Below, in pieces: positions 44,828 to 57,947 of a stretch of DNA of 64,000 nucleotides (its first letter is position 1; every line of letters begins with the position of its first letter). Position numbers and translations under genes: made by a program. The notes below the pieces were generated by a model. The model saw nothing but the letters and a program-made list of their open reading frames with translations, made no database searches and was not told the origin of the DNA. The stretch is taken from the NCBI GenBank assembly GCA_012295275.1, contig CM022678.1:9300001-9364000 (forward strand), given 5' to 3'. Source of the stretch: Chrysomallon squamiferum (Eukaryota > Animalia > Mollusca).

Positions 44828-47800
44828 TATATTTAACCTCTCAAGTTCAAATACATCATCAGCGATTATATCACTATATCCCTTTTCTTCCATAATAATA
44901 AAATCATCATCATCAGCTGTTGAAGTCACCAGTAAGACAGATTGTGTTATTCTTATTCACAAATGACAACTATTCATTTTTAAGCTGGTCCAAAGCATCA
45001 GATGATGAATAAAATGAATACAAAACCAATTAAAATATTATCATCTGTGTGTAAAACCCTGCCTTCTGTGTCCAGCCACATAAAACATTTACACTGTGAT
45101 TTGATAATATTTGTATGTTTTAGTAGATAATTTATAAAACATTTACACTGTGATTTGATAATGTTTGTATGTTTTAGTAGATAATTTATAAAACATTTAC
45201 ACTGTGATTTGATAATTTGTATGTTTTAGTAGATAATTTATAAAACATTTACACTGTGATTTGATAATGTTTGTATGTTTTAGTAGATAATTTATAAAAC
45301 ATTTACACTGATTTGATAATGTTTGTATGTTTTAGTAGATAATTTATAAAACATTTACACTGTGATTTGATAATGTTTGTATGTTTTAGTAGATAATTTA
45401 TAAAACATTTACACTGTGATTTGATATTTGTATGTTTTAGTAGATAATTTATAAAACATTTACACTGTGATTTGATATTTGTATGTTTTAGTAGATAATT
45501 TATAAAACATTTACACTGTGATTCTATAATATTTGTATGTTTTAGTAGATAATTTATAAAACATTTACACTGTGATTTGATAATGTTTGTATGTTTTAGT
45601 AGATAATTTATAAAACATTTACACTGTGATTTGATAATGTTTGTATGTTTTAGTAGATAATTTATAAAACATTTACACTGTGATTTGATAATGTTTGTAT
45701 GTTTTAGTAGATAATTTATAAAACATTTACACTGTGATTTGATAATGTTTGTATGTTTTAGTAGATAATTTATAAAACATTTACACTGTGATTTGATAAT
45801 GTTTGTATGTTTTAGTAGATAATTTATAAAACATTTACACTGTGATTCAATAATGTTTGTATGTTTTAGTAGATAATTTATAAAACATTTACACTGTGAT
45901 TCTATAATGTTTGTATGTTTTAGTAGATAATTTATAAAACATTTACACTGTGATTCGATAATGTTTGTATGTTTTAGTAGATAATTTATAAAACATTTAC
46001 ACTGTGATTCGATAATGTTTGTATGTTTTAGTAGATAATTTATAAAACATTTACACTGTGATTCGATAATGTTTGTATGTTTTAGTAGATAATTTATAAA
46101 ACATTTACACTGTGATTCGATAATGTTTGTATGTTTTAGTAGATAATTTATAAAACATTTACACTGTGATTCGATAATGTTTGTATGTTTTAGTAGATAA
46201 TTTATAAAACATTTACACTGTGATTCGATAATGTTTGTATGTTTTAGTAGATAATTTATAAAACATTTACACTGTGATTTGATAATGTTTGTATGTTTTA
46301 GTAGATAATTTATAAAACATTTACACTGATTTGATAATGTTTGTGTGTTTTAGTAGATAATTTATAAAACATTTACACTGTGATTCAATAATGTTTGTAT
46401 GTTTTAGTAGATAATTTATAAAACATTTACACTGTGATTTGATATTTGTATGTTTTAGTAGATAATTTATAAAACATTTACACTGTGATTTGATAATGTT
46501 TGTATGTTTTAGTAGATAATTTATAAAATATTTACACTGATTTGATAATGTTTGTATGTTTTAGTAGATAATTTATAAAACATTTACACTGTGATTCAAT
46601 AATGTTTGTATGTTTTAGTAGATAATTTATAAAACATTTACACTGTGATTTGATATTTGTATGTTTTAGTAGATAATTTATAAAACATTTACACTGTGAT
46701 TCGATAATGTTTGTATGTTTTAGTAGATAATTTATAAAACATTTACACTGTGATTCGATAATGTTTGTATGTTTTAGTAGATAATTTATAAAACATTTAC
46801 ACTGTGATTCTATAATATTTGTATGTTTTAGTAGATAATTTATAAAACATTTACACTGTGATTTGATAATATTTGTATGTTTTAGTAGATAATTTATAAA
46901 ACATTTACACTGTGATTTGATAACATTTGTATGTTTTAGTAGATAATTTATAAAACATTTACACTGTGATTTGATAACATTTGTATGTTTTAGTAGATAA
47001 TTTATAAAACATTTACACTGTGATTTGATAATATTTGTATGTTTTAGTAGATAATTTATAAAACATTTACACTGTGATTTGATAATATTTGTATATTTTA
47101 GTAGATAATTTATAAAACATTTACACTGTGATTTGATAATGTTTGTATGTTTTAGTAGATAATTTATAAAACATTTACACTGTGATTCAATAATGTTTGT
47201 ATATTTTAGTAGATAATTTATAAAACATTTACACTGTGATTCAATAATGTTTGTATGTTTTAGTAGATAATTTATAAAACATTTACACTGTGATTTGATA
47301 ATGTTTGTGTGTTTTAGTAGATAATTTATAAAACATTTACACTGTGATTTGATAATGTTTGTGTGTTTTAGTAGATAATTTATAAAACATTTACACTGTG
47401 ATTCAATAATGTTTGTATGTTTTAGTAGATAATTTATAAAACATTTACACTGATTTGATAACATTTGTATGTTTTAGTAGATAATTTATAAAACATTTAC
47501 ACTGTGATTTGATAATGTTTATATGTTTTAGTAGATAATTTATAAAACATTTACACTGTGATTTGATAATATTTGTATGTTTTAGTAGATAATTTATAAA
47601 ACATTTACACTGATTTGATAATGTTTGTATGTTTTAGTAGATAATTTATAAAACATTTACACTGTGATTTGATAATGTTTGTATGTTTTAGTAGATAATT
47701 TATAAAACATTTACACTGTGATTTGATAATATTTGTATGTTTTAGTAGATAATTTATAAAACATTTACACTGTGATTTGATAATATTTGTATGTTTTAGT

Positions 47801-49380
47801 AGATAATTTATAAAAGATTTACACTATGATTCAATAATGTTTGTATGTTTTAGTAGATAATTTATAAAACATTTACACTGTGATTTGATAATATTTGTAT
47901 GTTTTAGTAGATAATTTATAAAACATTTACACTGTGATTCTATAATGTATATTTGTTTTAGTAGATAATGTTTTATATATACACCTATACACCCAGATTT
48001 ACACTGAGATAAAGAAACACTGTTTTTAGCATATACTTTATAATAAAGAATACTAATGTGTCATAATTAGTGATGTTTCAAGAAATGGTTTCGTAGCTTA
48101 CTTACCAAACCTCACACATTAATCTCTGTTATTTTTAAAACTTAAGGGCTTATTTCTTTATGATTTTTGTTTGGGGTATTTTTACAAATGAGAGAGTTTA
48201 CTGACATTTACTCAACACTGTTTTTGCTTTGTAAGACTTGTCCTTGCTTGTTGTATTGCACTGACTCAATTGGTTTGTCTCGGTGAGAAGTTGGCTTGTG
48301 TTGCTGTGGTCTATATTTTTGTTTCAGTTGGCTGAGTTGCTTTGTTTGTGTTACTGGCTTCTGTCCCATCCTCTCATAGTCTAAACAGCCTGCCCTCCAT
48401 ATACAATTTATCACCATTTAAAGTCGCTCTTTTCCTTTGCCTTTTTGCTGATTTGTAATCTGGATGCAGTACTTTCCTCCTGTCATTAATTTCTTTCTGG
48501 AATTTTCATTAACACTGTATTGCTTGTTTATCAGCTTGTTTTGGGTAAAGCTGTTCTCACTATTTCTCTGTCTTTATATAAAATGAATTTTGCAACAAAT
48601 AGTCCTTGTATATCCATGAAACTTCCTCCCCATTCAGTGAACTCTGTGAAAATCAGTATTATTTTCTACTTTCATTTAACTTTTTATAAACCTTTTCAAC
48701 TCCTCATCTGTGTCTTTCTCTGGTATCCCACTAAAGTTTAAATTGTCATGCATGAAGTGAGTTTGTAGGTCATAGTGTTTTTCTCTTAAGTGTCCAAACT
48801 CAGTTTTTAATTGACATATTTGTGGTTCACATACTGTTATTATTATCTCTCAGTTCACAGTTAGAACTGTTCATATCTGATTTCAAATTTCTGAGATCTT
48901 TTTTGTTACTTTCAAACTGTTTGTTATTGTAATTCATACCCATTTCCATATTCTGCACTTTTTTCTTCATATTCATCATTTTACCACTAATGTCTTGTAC
49001 AGTTATATCCATACTATACAGTTGTTTCTTGATCATGTCCAATTTTTCCAGTTTATCACATTATATGTAACTTTCTAGTCAAAGTATCTGATTTTCTACT
49101 GACATCTTCATTGTGCACAACTGCTGAAATTAAACAGAATACTGACTGTGAGATCCATAGTGCTGTCCATGTTGTCCATATTGTGACTGTGAGACTGTTG
49201 AATTGGTGTTGACTGATAAAATGGTGCAGATGAACATCCAAGCTCACAGTTTGTGTATTTGACATCCTCAGTATGCAACTTCTTGACCAGCTTAGCTACT
49301 GCTTACCCTTATTTTCTGTTCTCTTCTCCACTTACATTTTTACTCTTATTTATTTGCTTTTTACTTTTTTATTTTCATGT
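44828..49380 (-). mobile_element. Non-LTR retrotransposon copy 2: ORF1 plus N-terminal endonuclease, interrupted by a minisatellite and cut by piggyBac
   Basis: 48115-49380 is a diverged direct repeat of 36655-37955. APE endonuclease motifs: KITEINVC, KSGCIGVYIK (~47975-48000), and past the array MWL, ILIGFVFI, ICLTGDFNS (~44920-44945). Confidence 0.87.
45081..47970. repeat. Minisatellite, 54-bp unit, about 53 copies
   Basis: aaaacatttacactgtgatttgataatgtttgtatgttttagtagataatttat; on the minus strand it reads SQCKCFINYLLKHTNIIK. Confidence 0.97.
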
Positions 49381-49414
49381 TGCATACTCATGTGTCTTTA
49401 GCAATAATTTACAC

Positions 49415-51290
49415 TTAAAAAACCCAGATAAAATAAGATTTAAAACCAATAAAATTATATATTTTCAAAGCGATATGAGAAATACAACTTTCATTTCCAT
49501 GCATGTGCAATGCTAAATTATTTTGATTATCTGTTATGTCAGTACCAGTACCATTGTCCAGTGACAACAAATTCCCTGTATCAGTAGATGCCCACATTAC
49601 TGCTGCTAAAAGAACTTTATCTCTGTTCTCATCATTTAAACCATCAAGTTTCAGTTTTGATATTTCTTTTATAATGTTCATCATGTCAGCCAAAACACAG
49701 GCAATGTTCATGTTACCGTAACAAAGAGAAATACATAACAAGTGTGAACACAGAGTCACTTATTTCTCCTCTTTATACTGTAACAGTTCTTTTAATATTA
49801 TAGCACTGTCTTTTTTGAACATGCAGCTGCACAGAATGTATCAAATGTTGGAATAACACCTGATGTTAAATTCATTTTCCAAAGTCTTGACAATGTTCTT
49901 AGTCCATTCACAGTACACTCACTTGCAACAGACAATCAATTTATAACACTTCGATGAACTTTCAAATACAGTGTGTAACTAGAGTGAACCTTTGAATCAT
50001 TGTCAAGAAGAAATGAAATATTACTGAATATTTCACTAGCAGTGTTTACATGTACAAATGATATATAGAAATTTAGCTTACATTGTCTCTGATGCAATAT
50101 TTGAGACAACTTACCATAAAAGTCTGTTTTCTCCATGCGATATTTTTGAAACTCTTCACCTTTCAGTGATGGATATGAAATAATTTTTCTGAAACTACTT
50201 GATGCCAGCAAGTCTGTAAATTTGCGAGCAAGAACATTGTGACTTTTGTTAGAATTGCAGGCACCACAACAGATTCTAACAACGTGGAAGCAGGACACAC
50301 TTCTAGCAACTCAGCTGTTTTCTTTGCAAAGTTTGCTATAAACATTAGAGAAAAAAGTCAAACACTAACTGATGAATAAATGTGTGTTTATTGTCACACT
50401 ACTTCAAATAGGTACTCACTTTACATCAGCTGTTTTGTTTATATGTTTGAGTCCAGTGTTTTCTACACTCAGTCTCACTCAAGCAGTCTTATTAATTTCA
50501 TTATGTCACTGTCAGTGTTATCTTCAAAAGGGTCCAGTAAATCAGTGCTGAAACTGCCTTGTTGGAACAAGATCAGCAGTAGAACTAGGTAATTGATCTC
50601 TGAAGATTTATAATTTTTTCAGTTTTCCAGCTGATATGTGACACATTCTACAGTTAACATAATACACACACACCTGAGGAAATCCAAACTGTAGACGAAC
50701 TGTCAGTGACAGTCTATTTAAAAATTTTATTATTTGTAACATCTTTTTGTCCAAGACATTTGTTTAGAATTTCTTTCTTTTCATCATAATCCAGACAACT
50801 GTCATTACTCTGCAGATCAAGAACATGATTCTCATTAAACAGACCAAATTCCTTCAAATTAATTTCACTTTCTGAAAATATTTATTTTCTTAAAGAAATA
50901 ATACATTTCAAAGAACCATCCTGATCAAGATTTGTTATCTTTGGAAATTTCAGTTTCCATGAGTCTGTAAAAACTGAAACAAGATTAGTCTTACCAAATA
51001 TATCATCAATGAGAACAACACATTTCTTATTTCTAGAGAGAGAAACAGCTGTAACAGTCTCTGCAGAATAGACAGCTGTGATGTTGGCTGAGGAATAAAC
51101 AGCTGTGGTTTTGTGTGATGAATAAATAGCTGTGCTGTTTTATGAGGGATAAACAGTTGTGCTGTTTTATGAGGAATAAACAGCTGTGATGTTTTATTAG
51201 GAATAAACAGCTGTGATGTCTGAGGAAGAAACAACGCTGATATTAGAAGAAATTTCTGAATTCTCTTTTTTTTCACCCATAGGAAAATAA
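49415..51290 (-). pseudogene. nSTAND3-type STAND NTPase with helical/winged-helix region and ankyrin-like remnant
   Basis: KKCVVLIDDIFGKTNL...SW (Walker B), LKCIISLRK*IF, FNENHVLDLQ...LDYDEKKEILNK, FGFPQVC, TYLK...TFIHQLVFD, then ankyrin-like LLCISLCYGNMNIACVL. Walker A was not found; many stops. Confidence 0.75.
51065..51235. repeat. Degenerate 30-bp tandem repeat, 5-6 copies
   Basis: aataaacagctgtgatgttttat(g/t)agg-like units; the ORF track shows periodic TSQLFIP. Confidence 0.8.
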
Positions 51291-51408
51291 TATAATGATC
51301 TTTAATATAGATGAAAGAAACAAAATGTGTTATTTAACTCATTTAATTCACTGTTAGCAGGGTCAGATGTATAGTTAAAGGAACATTCAAATAATAAAAG
51401 AAGAAACC

Positions 51409-51823
51409 CACTGCTGTCACTAAATGGTTTACTCTTTCTTATTAACAAGTGATATTTCATTTACACCTACCCACAGACAGTACATACTATTTCATACATC
51501 AGTTGATGAGCACTGCTGTCACTTAATGGTTTACTCTTTCTTATTAACAAGTGATATTTCATTTACACCTACCCACAGACAGTACATACTATTTCATACA
51601 TCAGTTGATGAGCACTGCTGTCACTTAAGGGTTTCTCTTTCTTATTAACAAGTGATATTTCATTTACACCTACCCACAGACTGTACATACTATTTCATAC
51701 ATCAGTTGATGAGCACTGCTGTCACTTAATGGTTTACTCTTTCTTATTAACAAGTGATATTTCATTTACACCTACCCACAGACAGTACATACTATTTCAT
51801 ACATCAGTTGATGAGCACTGCTG
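51409..51823. repeat. Tandem repeat, 102-bp unit, 4 copies
   Basis: cactgctgtcacttaatggtttactc...catcagttgatgag at 51409, 51511, 51613 and 51715. Confidence 0.95.
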
Positions 51824-53459
51824 AAATGTAAACAGCTGAAGATTCTATCAGACAGCATTGATTCAAATATCTACTGCATCACTTGACTAGAGACCTGTCT
51901 CTAGTTTCTTGTATTAATAATAGCATTGCCTTATAGACTGTGGTCTCAACTTTAGTTCTAAGAATATATTCCTGGAGCACATCAAAAGTAATCAAATAAA
52001 AAATAGTTTTAATAAATGTCCTAATTTTTCAAAGAGAGGTGTCAATTATGTTATTTAGAAATACTCATGAAAACACAATTCTCACAGTTTTGTGACATAA
52101 AAAATCTTAGTTCTAATTAATTAGTCTTATCTCATTTTGGATTTGTTCTTTTCCATCTTTTTAGGGCTGTGATGGGCTGACTGGGGCAGGTTCTGGCTGT
52201 GTTTCTCAGTTGTTCTGCTGCTTTGTTGAGTAGACATAGTCAACCTGAATTACATGCAGATTTACTTAGTGCTATTTCAATTTTTTCAAAACATTACAGA
52301 TATACATGGTAAATGTCAAGGGAACAGTTGTCTCAAATCACTGGAAATTAACTAAACAATACTACAAGAGTCCATGAAAATTACTGCATTGCTACTAATT
52401 TAGGTTTGAGGACATTTAACACATTTTTCAGACTGAAAACACATCTTGATTGGTCTGCATACACAAAGGAAAGAGAAAAACAAATTCTAAACACTTAATG
52501 ACAATAACATGGGTAAAATCATGTCAACAGAATTCAGTTACCTAAGTGATAGATTTGTCTTACTGAAAGTGGATAAACACTTTCATGTTTGATGTTCAAA
52601 CATCTTTATGTTTCTTTGAAAACCAGTCACAATTTGTAAATTACAGTGTATAGACCATGTAGAACAATCATGGTTAAGCTATAATTAAGGATTTATGCTA
52701 GTAATTTCAGAATAAGTTACAGTGAGTTGTCTTACTAAATTATGTTACATAAATAATGTAAATGTTTCTGAATGACAGGTACAACTGATTTTATTGTTGA
52801 TGTTATTATTATTGTTATTTTTATTATTGTTATTGTTATTTTAATGTAGATATGAATGAGTGTACATCAGTTGATGCCAGTATTAGTAAATATACTGATG
52901 CTTGAATCAGTGGATTCACTTGTTCCTGTCTGGCTGGGAAGAAACTTGAAAATGACCAGACAACATGTGTTAGTAAGCAGAATTTCTCATTACAAAATAC
53001 AATAATGTAAAAATAAATTTTTAAATATTTTAAAAACATAATTATATTTTGAAATTTGAAGCAATTTATTCTGTAAAATTAGAAATTTCGGGTCATATTT
53101 AGATTATACTTTTAATATAATTTTATAAATTTTGTTTTATAAAAAAATACTGACACTAAAGTTTGATTTTAATTTAATTTATTTATTTTAAATTTAAATT
53201 TTATTTTTCCCTCTCAGACCATTGTCAGTGTAAAGCTGGCTGGGTGGTGTGTGATGTGAAAACAACAGAGATGAATGTAGTGTTTCAACAGTTTCATGTC
53301 AAGCAAACAGCAACTGCAAAAACCTGCCAGTCTCCTATCATTTGAGTGTAAGACAGGATATCACAACTTGTCAGATGAATGTGTAGGTGAGTAGGGTATA
53401 CTTAATAAATAGTTATTTACTCAATATTAAAAATTTGGTAACAAGTTGAAAATATTTTG

Positions 53460-53620
53460 TTTTATTTAATAAAGAGTTATATGTTAGAAATGATTTCTTA
53501 TTATTTAATAAACAGTTACATGTTAGAAATGATTTCTTATTTAATAAACAGTTACATGTTAGAAATGATTTCTTATTATTTAATAAACAGTTACATATTA
53601 GAAATGATTTCTTATTATTT
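53460..53620. repeat. Tandem repeat, 37-40 bp unit, about 4 copies
   Basis: ttatttaataaacagttacatgttagaaatgatttctta repeated. Confidence 0.88.
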
Positions 53621-55309
53621 ATGAAATAGTTAAATGATACAAATGATTGATGAATTTCATACATATTTTTGTGATTTTAATTACCAAAGAAAACAGAATG
53701 GATGTTTTAAAATTGAAAAATTACATAGAAATGAGTTAATTAATACCTCAGTCACAAAATTAACTTTTTCTGCAATTAAAATAATATATAAATAAATAAA
53801 TATAATAATAAAAATATCATTTTATACTTGTTAATACATTTTTATTCAAAATTAAGGCAATGTTTATTTAACATTGAAAATCAGCTTTCAGTTATTAAGA
53901 AATTTAAATTGTTGAGAACAACAGAAAAGAAACAAAAACAAACCCTGTTTGGTAACAGCTAACTTTATTTTTGCAGTTTGGGTCACATTAATTTTTAAGA
54001 ACATTATGAAAATAAAAGATAATAATAAAAATAATGTTTGACAACTAATCATTAGACTATTATTAAACGTATTCATTACTTCTTTATCTTCCTCATTTGT
54101 TCACTGTCTACACCTTCATCAATCATTCATCTAAAAAAATTTTTTTTAGATAATTCATCATTAATTCATTCACGTAAAAGATAACTTTTTTAAGATTGAA
54201 TGAATGCTTGGTATCATACTTTAACTAACAATGAGAAAAGTTACATTTGTTCTTGTCACAGAGGTTACAAATTATAAAATATATTTTTTTATTTTAATAG
54301 TGACAAAATTTGATAAAATTGTAAATTATTTTATTTTCATTTGTACCAGAATGTGATAAAATTGTAAATTATTTTATTTTTGTGACAAAATATAATAAAG
54401 TTATAAAAATATTTTGTGTTCAGTTGTGACAGTGCTGCAGTGAACAGTTTGTGTGAACAGGGCTGCAGGGTGCATGACACAGTGGAGCAGTGTTTGTGTA
54501 GAAATGTTTACCTTGAATTCAGACAACAAAACATGCTCAGGTGAGTCAGTTCTATCTGGTTCTCAGGTTAAATTGTTCACTTCAAGCATTCTTATTTTAT
54601 TCATATTTTGAGTTTAAATGTGACTGGTCAGCATTTCTACCATTATCTTTTTTTTTTTTTTTTTTTTTTTATTATTAATAATGTCATGCTCATTATATAT
54701 TCAGCAATCAGTTTGCAACTTATGTATGCATTAGTAGCTTTTGTGCTATTCAAATAGTTAAGTTAAAATTCTTAGTTCTGGAATTAAGAAAAATTTCAAT
54801 GAATTAATAGTGTTTAAGAAACTTGTCAGAATTTATGAATAATTTTTATTTTTATTAATAATGTTATATCTGTAACTTAAACTTGATTAATTTTAGAAAT
54901 GCTCAGAACTTATGAATTTTAAATTTCAGTTAATCCATATATTAGAAATAATTTCTGTGAAAAATGATATTTGAGTAATTTTAGAAACTTGTCAAAATGT
55001 ATGAGAAAGTTTAATTGTTGTTAATGATTGAGATATAATTTATCTGTTTCTCTCTTTCAGATATAAATGAATGTAATTCAAAAATATTTACACTCAGAAC
55101 TAAAACTACTAAGATGGAGTCTACACATGTAACTGTATGGATGGTTATAAATGGGAAACTGACAAAATTACTTGTAGAGGTAGATATAAATATTAGTATA
55201 TCACACACACATCAACAGATGCACAAGCAAAGATGCACATGCAAATATTCACACACATGAAACATGCACACACAAACCTCCATATACATACATATACAGT
55301 GAATTTAAT

Positions 55310-55620
55310 TAAATCAAATACAGTGAAATCAATAAAATGAAATGATATACATTGAAATGAAATGCAGTGTGATACAGTGCAATACAATAAAATAAAATAA
55401 ATGAAATGAAATACTGTGAAATACAATACACCACAACACAACACAATACAGTACAATAATTGAACTGAACTGAACTGAAACTGAAATGAAAAAAACAAAT
55501 TGAAATAATGATAAAATATAATAAAATTAATGGAATAAAATGAAATAAAATAAAATGTAATGTGTGAAATGATTCACAATGAAATAAATGAAATGAAATG
55601 CAATACAATGCTAAATTAAA
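55310..55620. repeat. Degenerate pentanucleotide tract (AAATG/AATAC/AACTG)
   Basis: Read directly. Confidence 0.75.
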
Positions 55621-57206
55621 CTGATTTTGTCCATGGAATAAATGGCTTTTTAACAGTAAGTAAAAAAATCATGAAAATAATTAAATCACAACCCATCCCA
55701 TTTGAATCATATCAACCTTCATTTTACATGTAAATTTTATAATATTGTTTATACAAGTCTGAATATTATTTTAATTTAATAATATTTATTTTATTTTTTC
55801 TTCAGGATCCTTTATCAAAAGCTTGTTTTGAGAATGAAAGAAAAGATGAGAAGTGACATTGATTCTAAGTGACTTGTTGTGTTTATCTCCAAGTTCTTCA
55901 AGTTTTCTCACTGTACTGAACAAACTAAACAGAAGATAAATCCACAACAAATATGAAGAACTGAATAACTTGAAGAATATTGAGAATTTCTAGAAAGTTC
56001 CACACCAAAAGTAATATTTTAAAAACAGTTACTTGTTATGTGGACTGCACTTACTGAAGAATTTATAAATCTGTGAAACTGTGATTTCAGATTCAAAGTG
56101 TCATTCATGCAAGATACAGTCAGACATAGACCAGCAGACAGAATGTTTGGACCAGACAGTCAAGTGTGTGAAAAAGAAATTTTTTAAAAAATGTCTGATG
56201 TAGAAATCCTTGATTTACTGCTTTAAAAAACTACAAATTGTGTAGCTCAAGGGAGATAATTTTATTATTATGATTATGTTTTATTAATGTACTGTAAAGA
56301 TATGTGAAAATGTTTGTTAATAAAACATAAAATGGAAGAAAATCTGTTGTTTGGAAGATATTTTCATTAATGATTACTTTGCAGATTTTATTATATGTCA
56401 AGTTGTTTAGTAATTTTTAAAAAATTTTCTAACCAAATATCTTGGTACTCTTTTTATTTTTGTTTTATTAATATACTTTTATTGGATCAATCAGAAATCT
56501 TGGCACCTCTCAGCACTTTAAAACCTTATGAAACATTTAAAATAATTTTTAATTTGAAAGTTGAGATACATCTTATACCATGTTTTTCTAAATTTTTAGT
56601 TAATGATTTTGTTGAGACTTTTTTGGTAGAAGGTAATGAAAATAACAAAAGCATAAGTAATTGAGGGATTACTGTAATAATACTTTAATACTTTCTAGCT
56701 GCCTATCTATCTATCTTTCTGTTACAGATACTATGTGGAACCACTCATTACACATATTACACAAAATAACTAAAGTGATTCAAGTCTTATTGCTGACATT
56801 TGTTATACAGACGTTTTTCTTTTTATTTATGACAGGTAATTATATTCAAAGATTTAAAATAGGTAATTACAAATGTTTATTTAAATCCTGTTTTCTCCTT
56901 CCAAACAAATATTTAAATTTTTCTGAGTTTTGTTATTTATATTTTTAATTTAAGTAGAGTCATAGACAACTTCATAAGGTAAAGTATAATTCAACAATCA
57001 AAAGTGGGTGAGGATTGGCTGAGGGTAGGTTTACAGTTAGATTGAAGACTGATTAATATTCATTGATAGATAAAAAAAAGTCTGTTTTAGGAATTTTGTT
57101 TTCTACAAATAAAGCTATTATAATTCTTACTAGATTCAAAATAATTTTTAATTTCAATACACATTTTATTGTATTTTATAATTATTTCTGTATTGATTCA
57201 GTTATG

Positions 57207-57247
<41 letters not shown>

Positions 57248-57606
57248 GTACTATTTAATATATATTGACAAAAGGAACATTTCAGTGTTAATTCAATAAA
57301 TGTATTTGTAAATATCCTACACTTCAGATTATTTTTGCAAATTAGGTTAGGATTTTATATTTATTTTATTTTATTTTATTATTTCTTTTAATATATTTAT
57401 TTATTCAAAAGTAGCAAATTATTTGTGTATATCTTTGTATATAACAGGTTTAGGACCTGGTAATACATTCGAAAGTTACAGCTGACTGGTTTGTTTTGAC
57501 AGAAAAGAAAAAGTGAAGACCTTGAATGTTAAACTCTGCTTAAAACATGATCATGTTATTTCCAACATATTTTAATTGTTATCTTCTTCTTCTTCTTATG
57601 ATGATG

Positions 57607-57648
<42 letters not shown>

Positions 57649-57689
57649 TTCTTTTAAATTAACAAAGAAATAAATGTTAATAAAAGTAA

Positions 57690-57697
57690 CAGTTGTG

Positions 57698-57765
<68 letters not shown>

Positions 57766-57862
57766 TAAACAACAACAATTATAATAAAGCCACTCAGTAA
57801 ACTAATTCAACTCATTCTATAATCACATATTAAGCTGTGCATTATGAAGCAGCAAACAGACA

Positions 57863-57947
<85 letters not shown>

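Larger units (their letters stand above)
52850..55856 (+). pseudogene. Decayed EGF/calcium-binding EGF exons (fibrillin/mucin-like) with a possible terminal exon: 52850-52972, 53218-53386, 54424-54540, 55061-55179, 55806-55856
   Basis: DMNECTSVD...GFTCSCLAGKKLENDQTTCV; HCQCKAGW.../NRDECSVSTVSCQANSNCKNLPVSY/ECKTGY; LCEQGCRVHDTVEQCLCRN/LNSDNKTCS; DINECNS.../GVYTCNCMDGYKWETDKITCR. Consensus splice sites; each EGF exon has a stop or frameshift. Confidence 0.85.

Noticed and set aside
46532-47464. 310-aa repeat protein ORF
   Set aside because: It is a stop-free frame of the 54-bp array; neighbouring units carry frameshifting indels and the host LINE ORF is dead.
52130-52270. Possible extra exon (+ strand Cys/Gly-rich, or - strand after a ttcag acceptor)
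   Set aside because: Strand and frame are ambiguous and no motif could be assigned.
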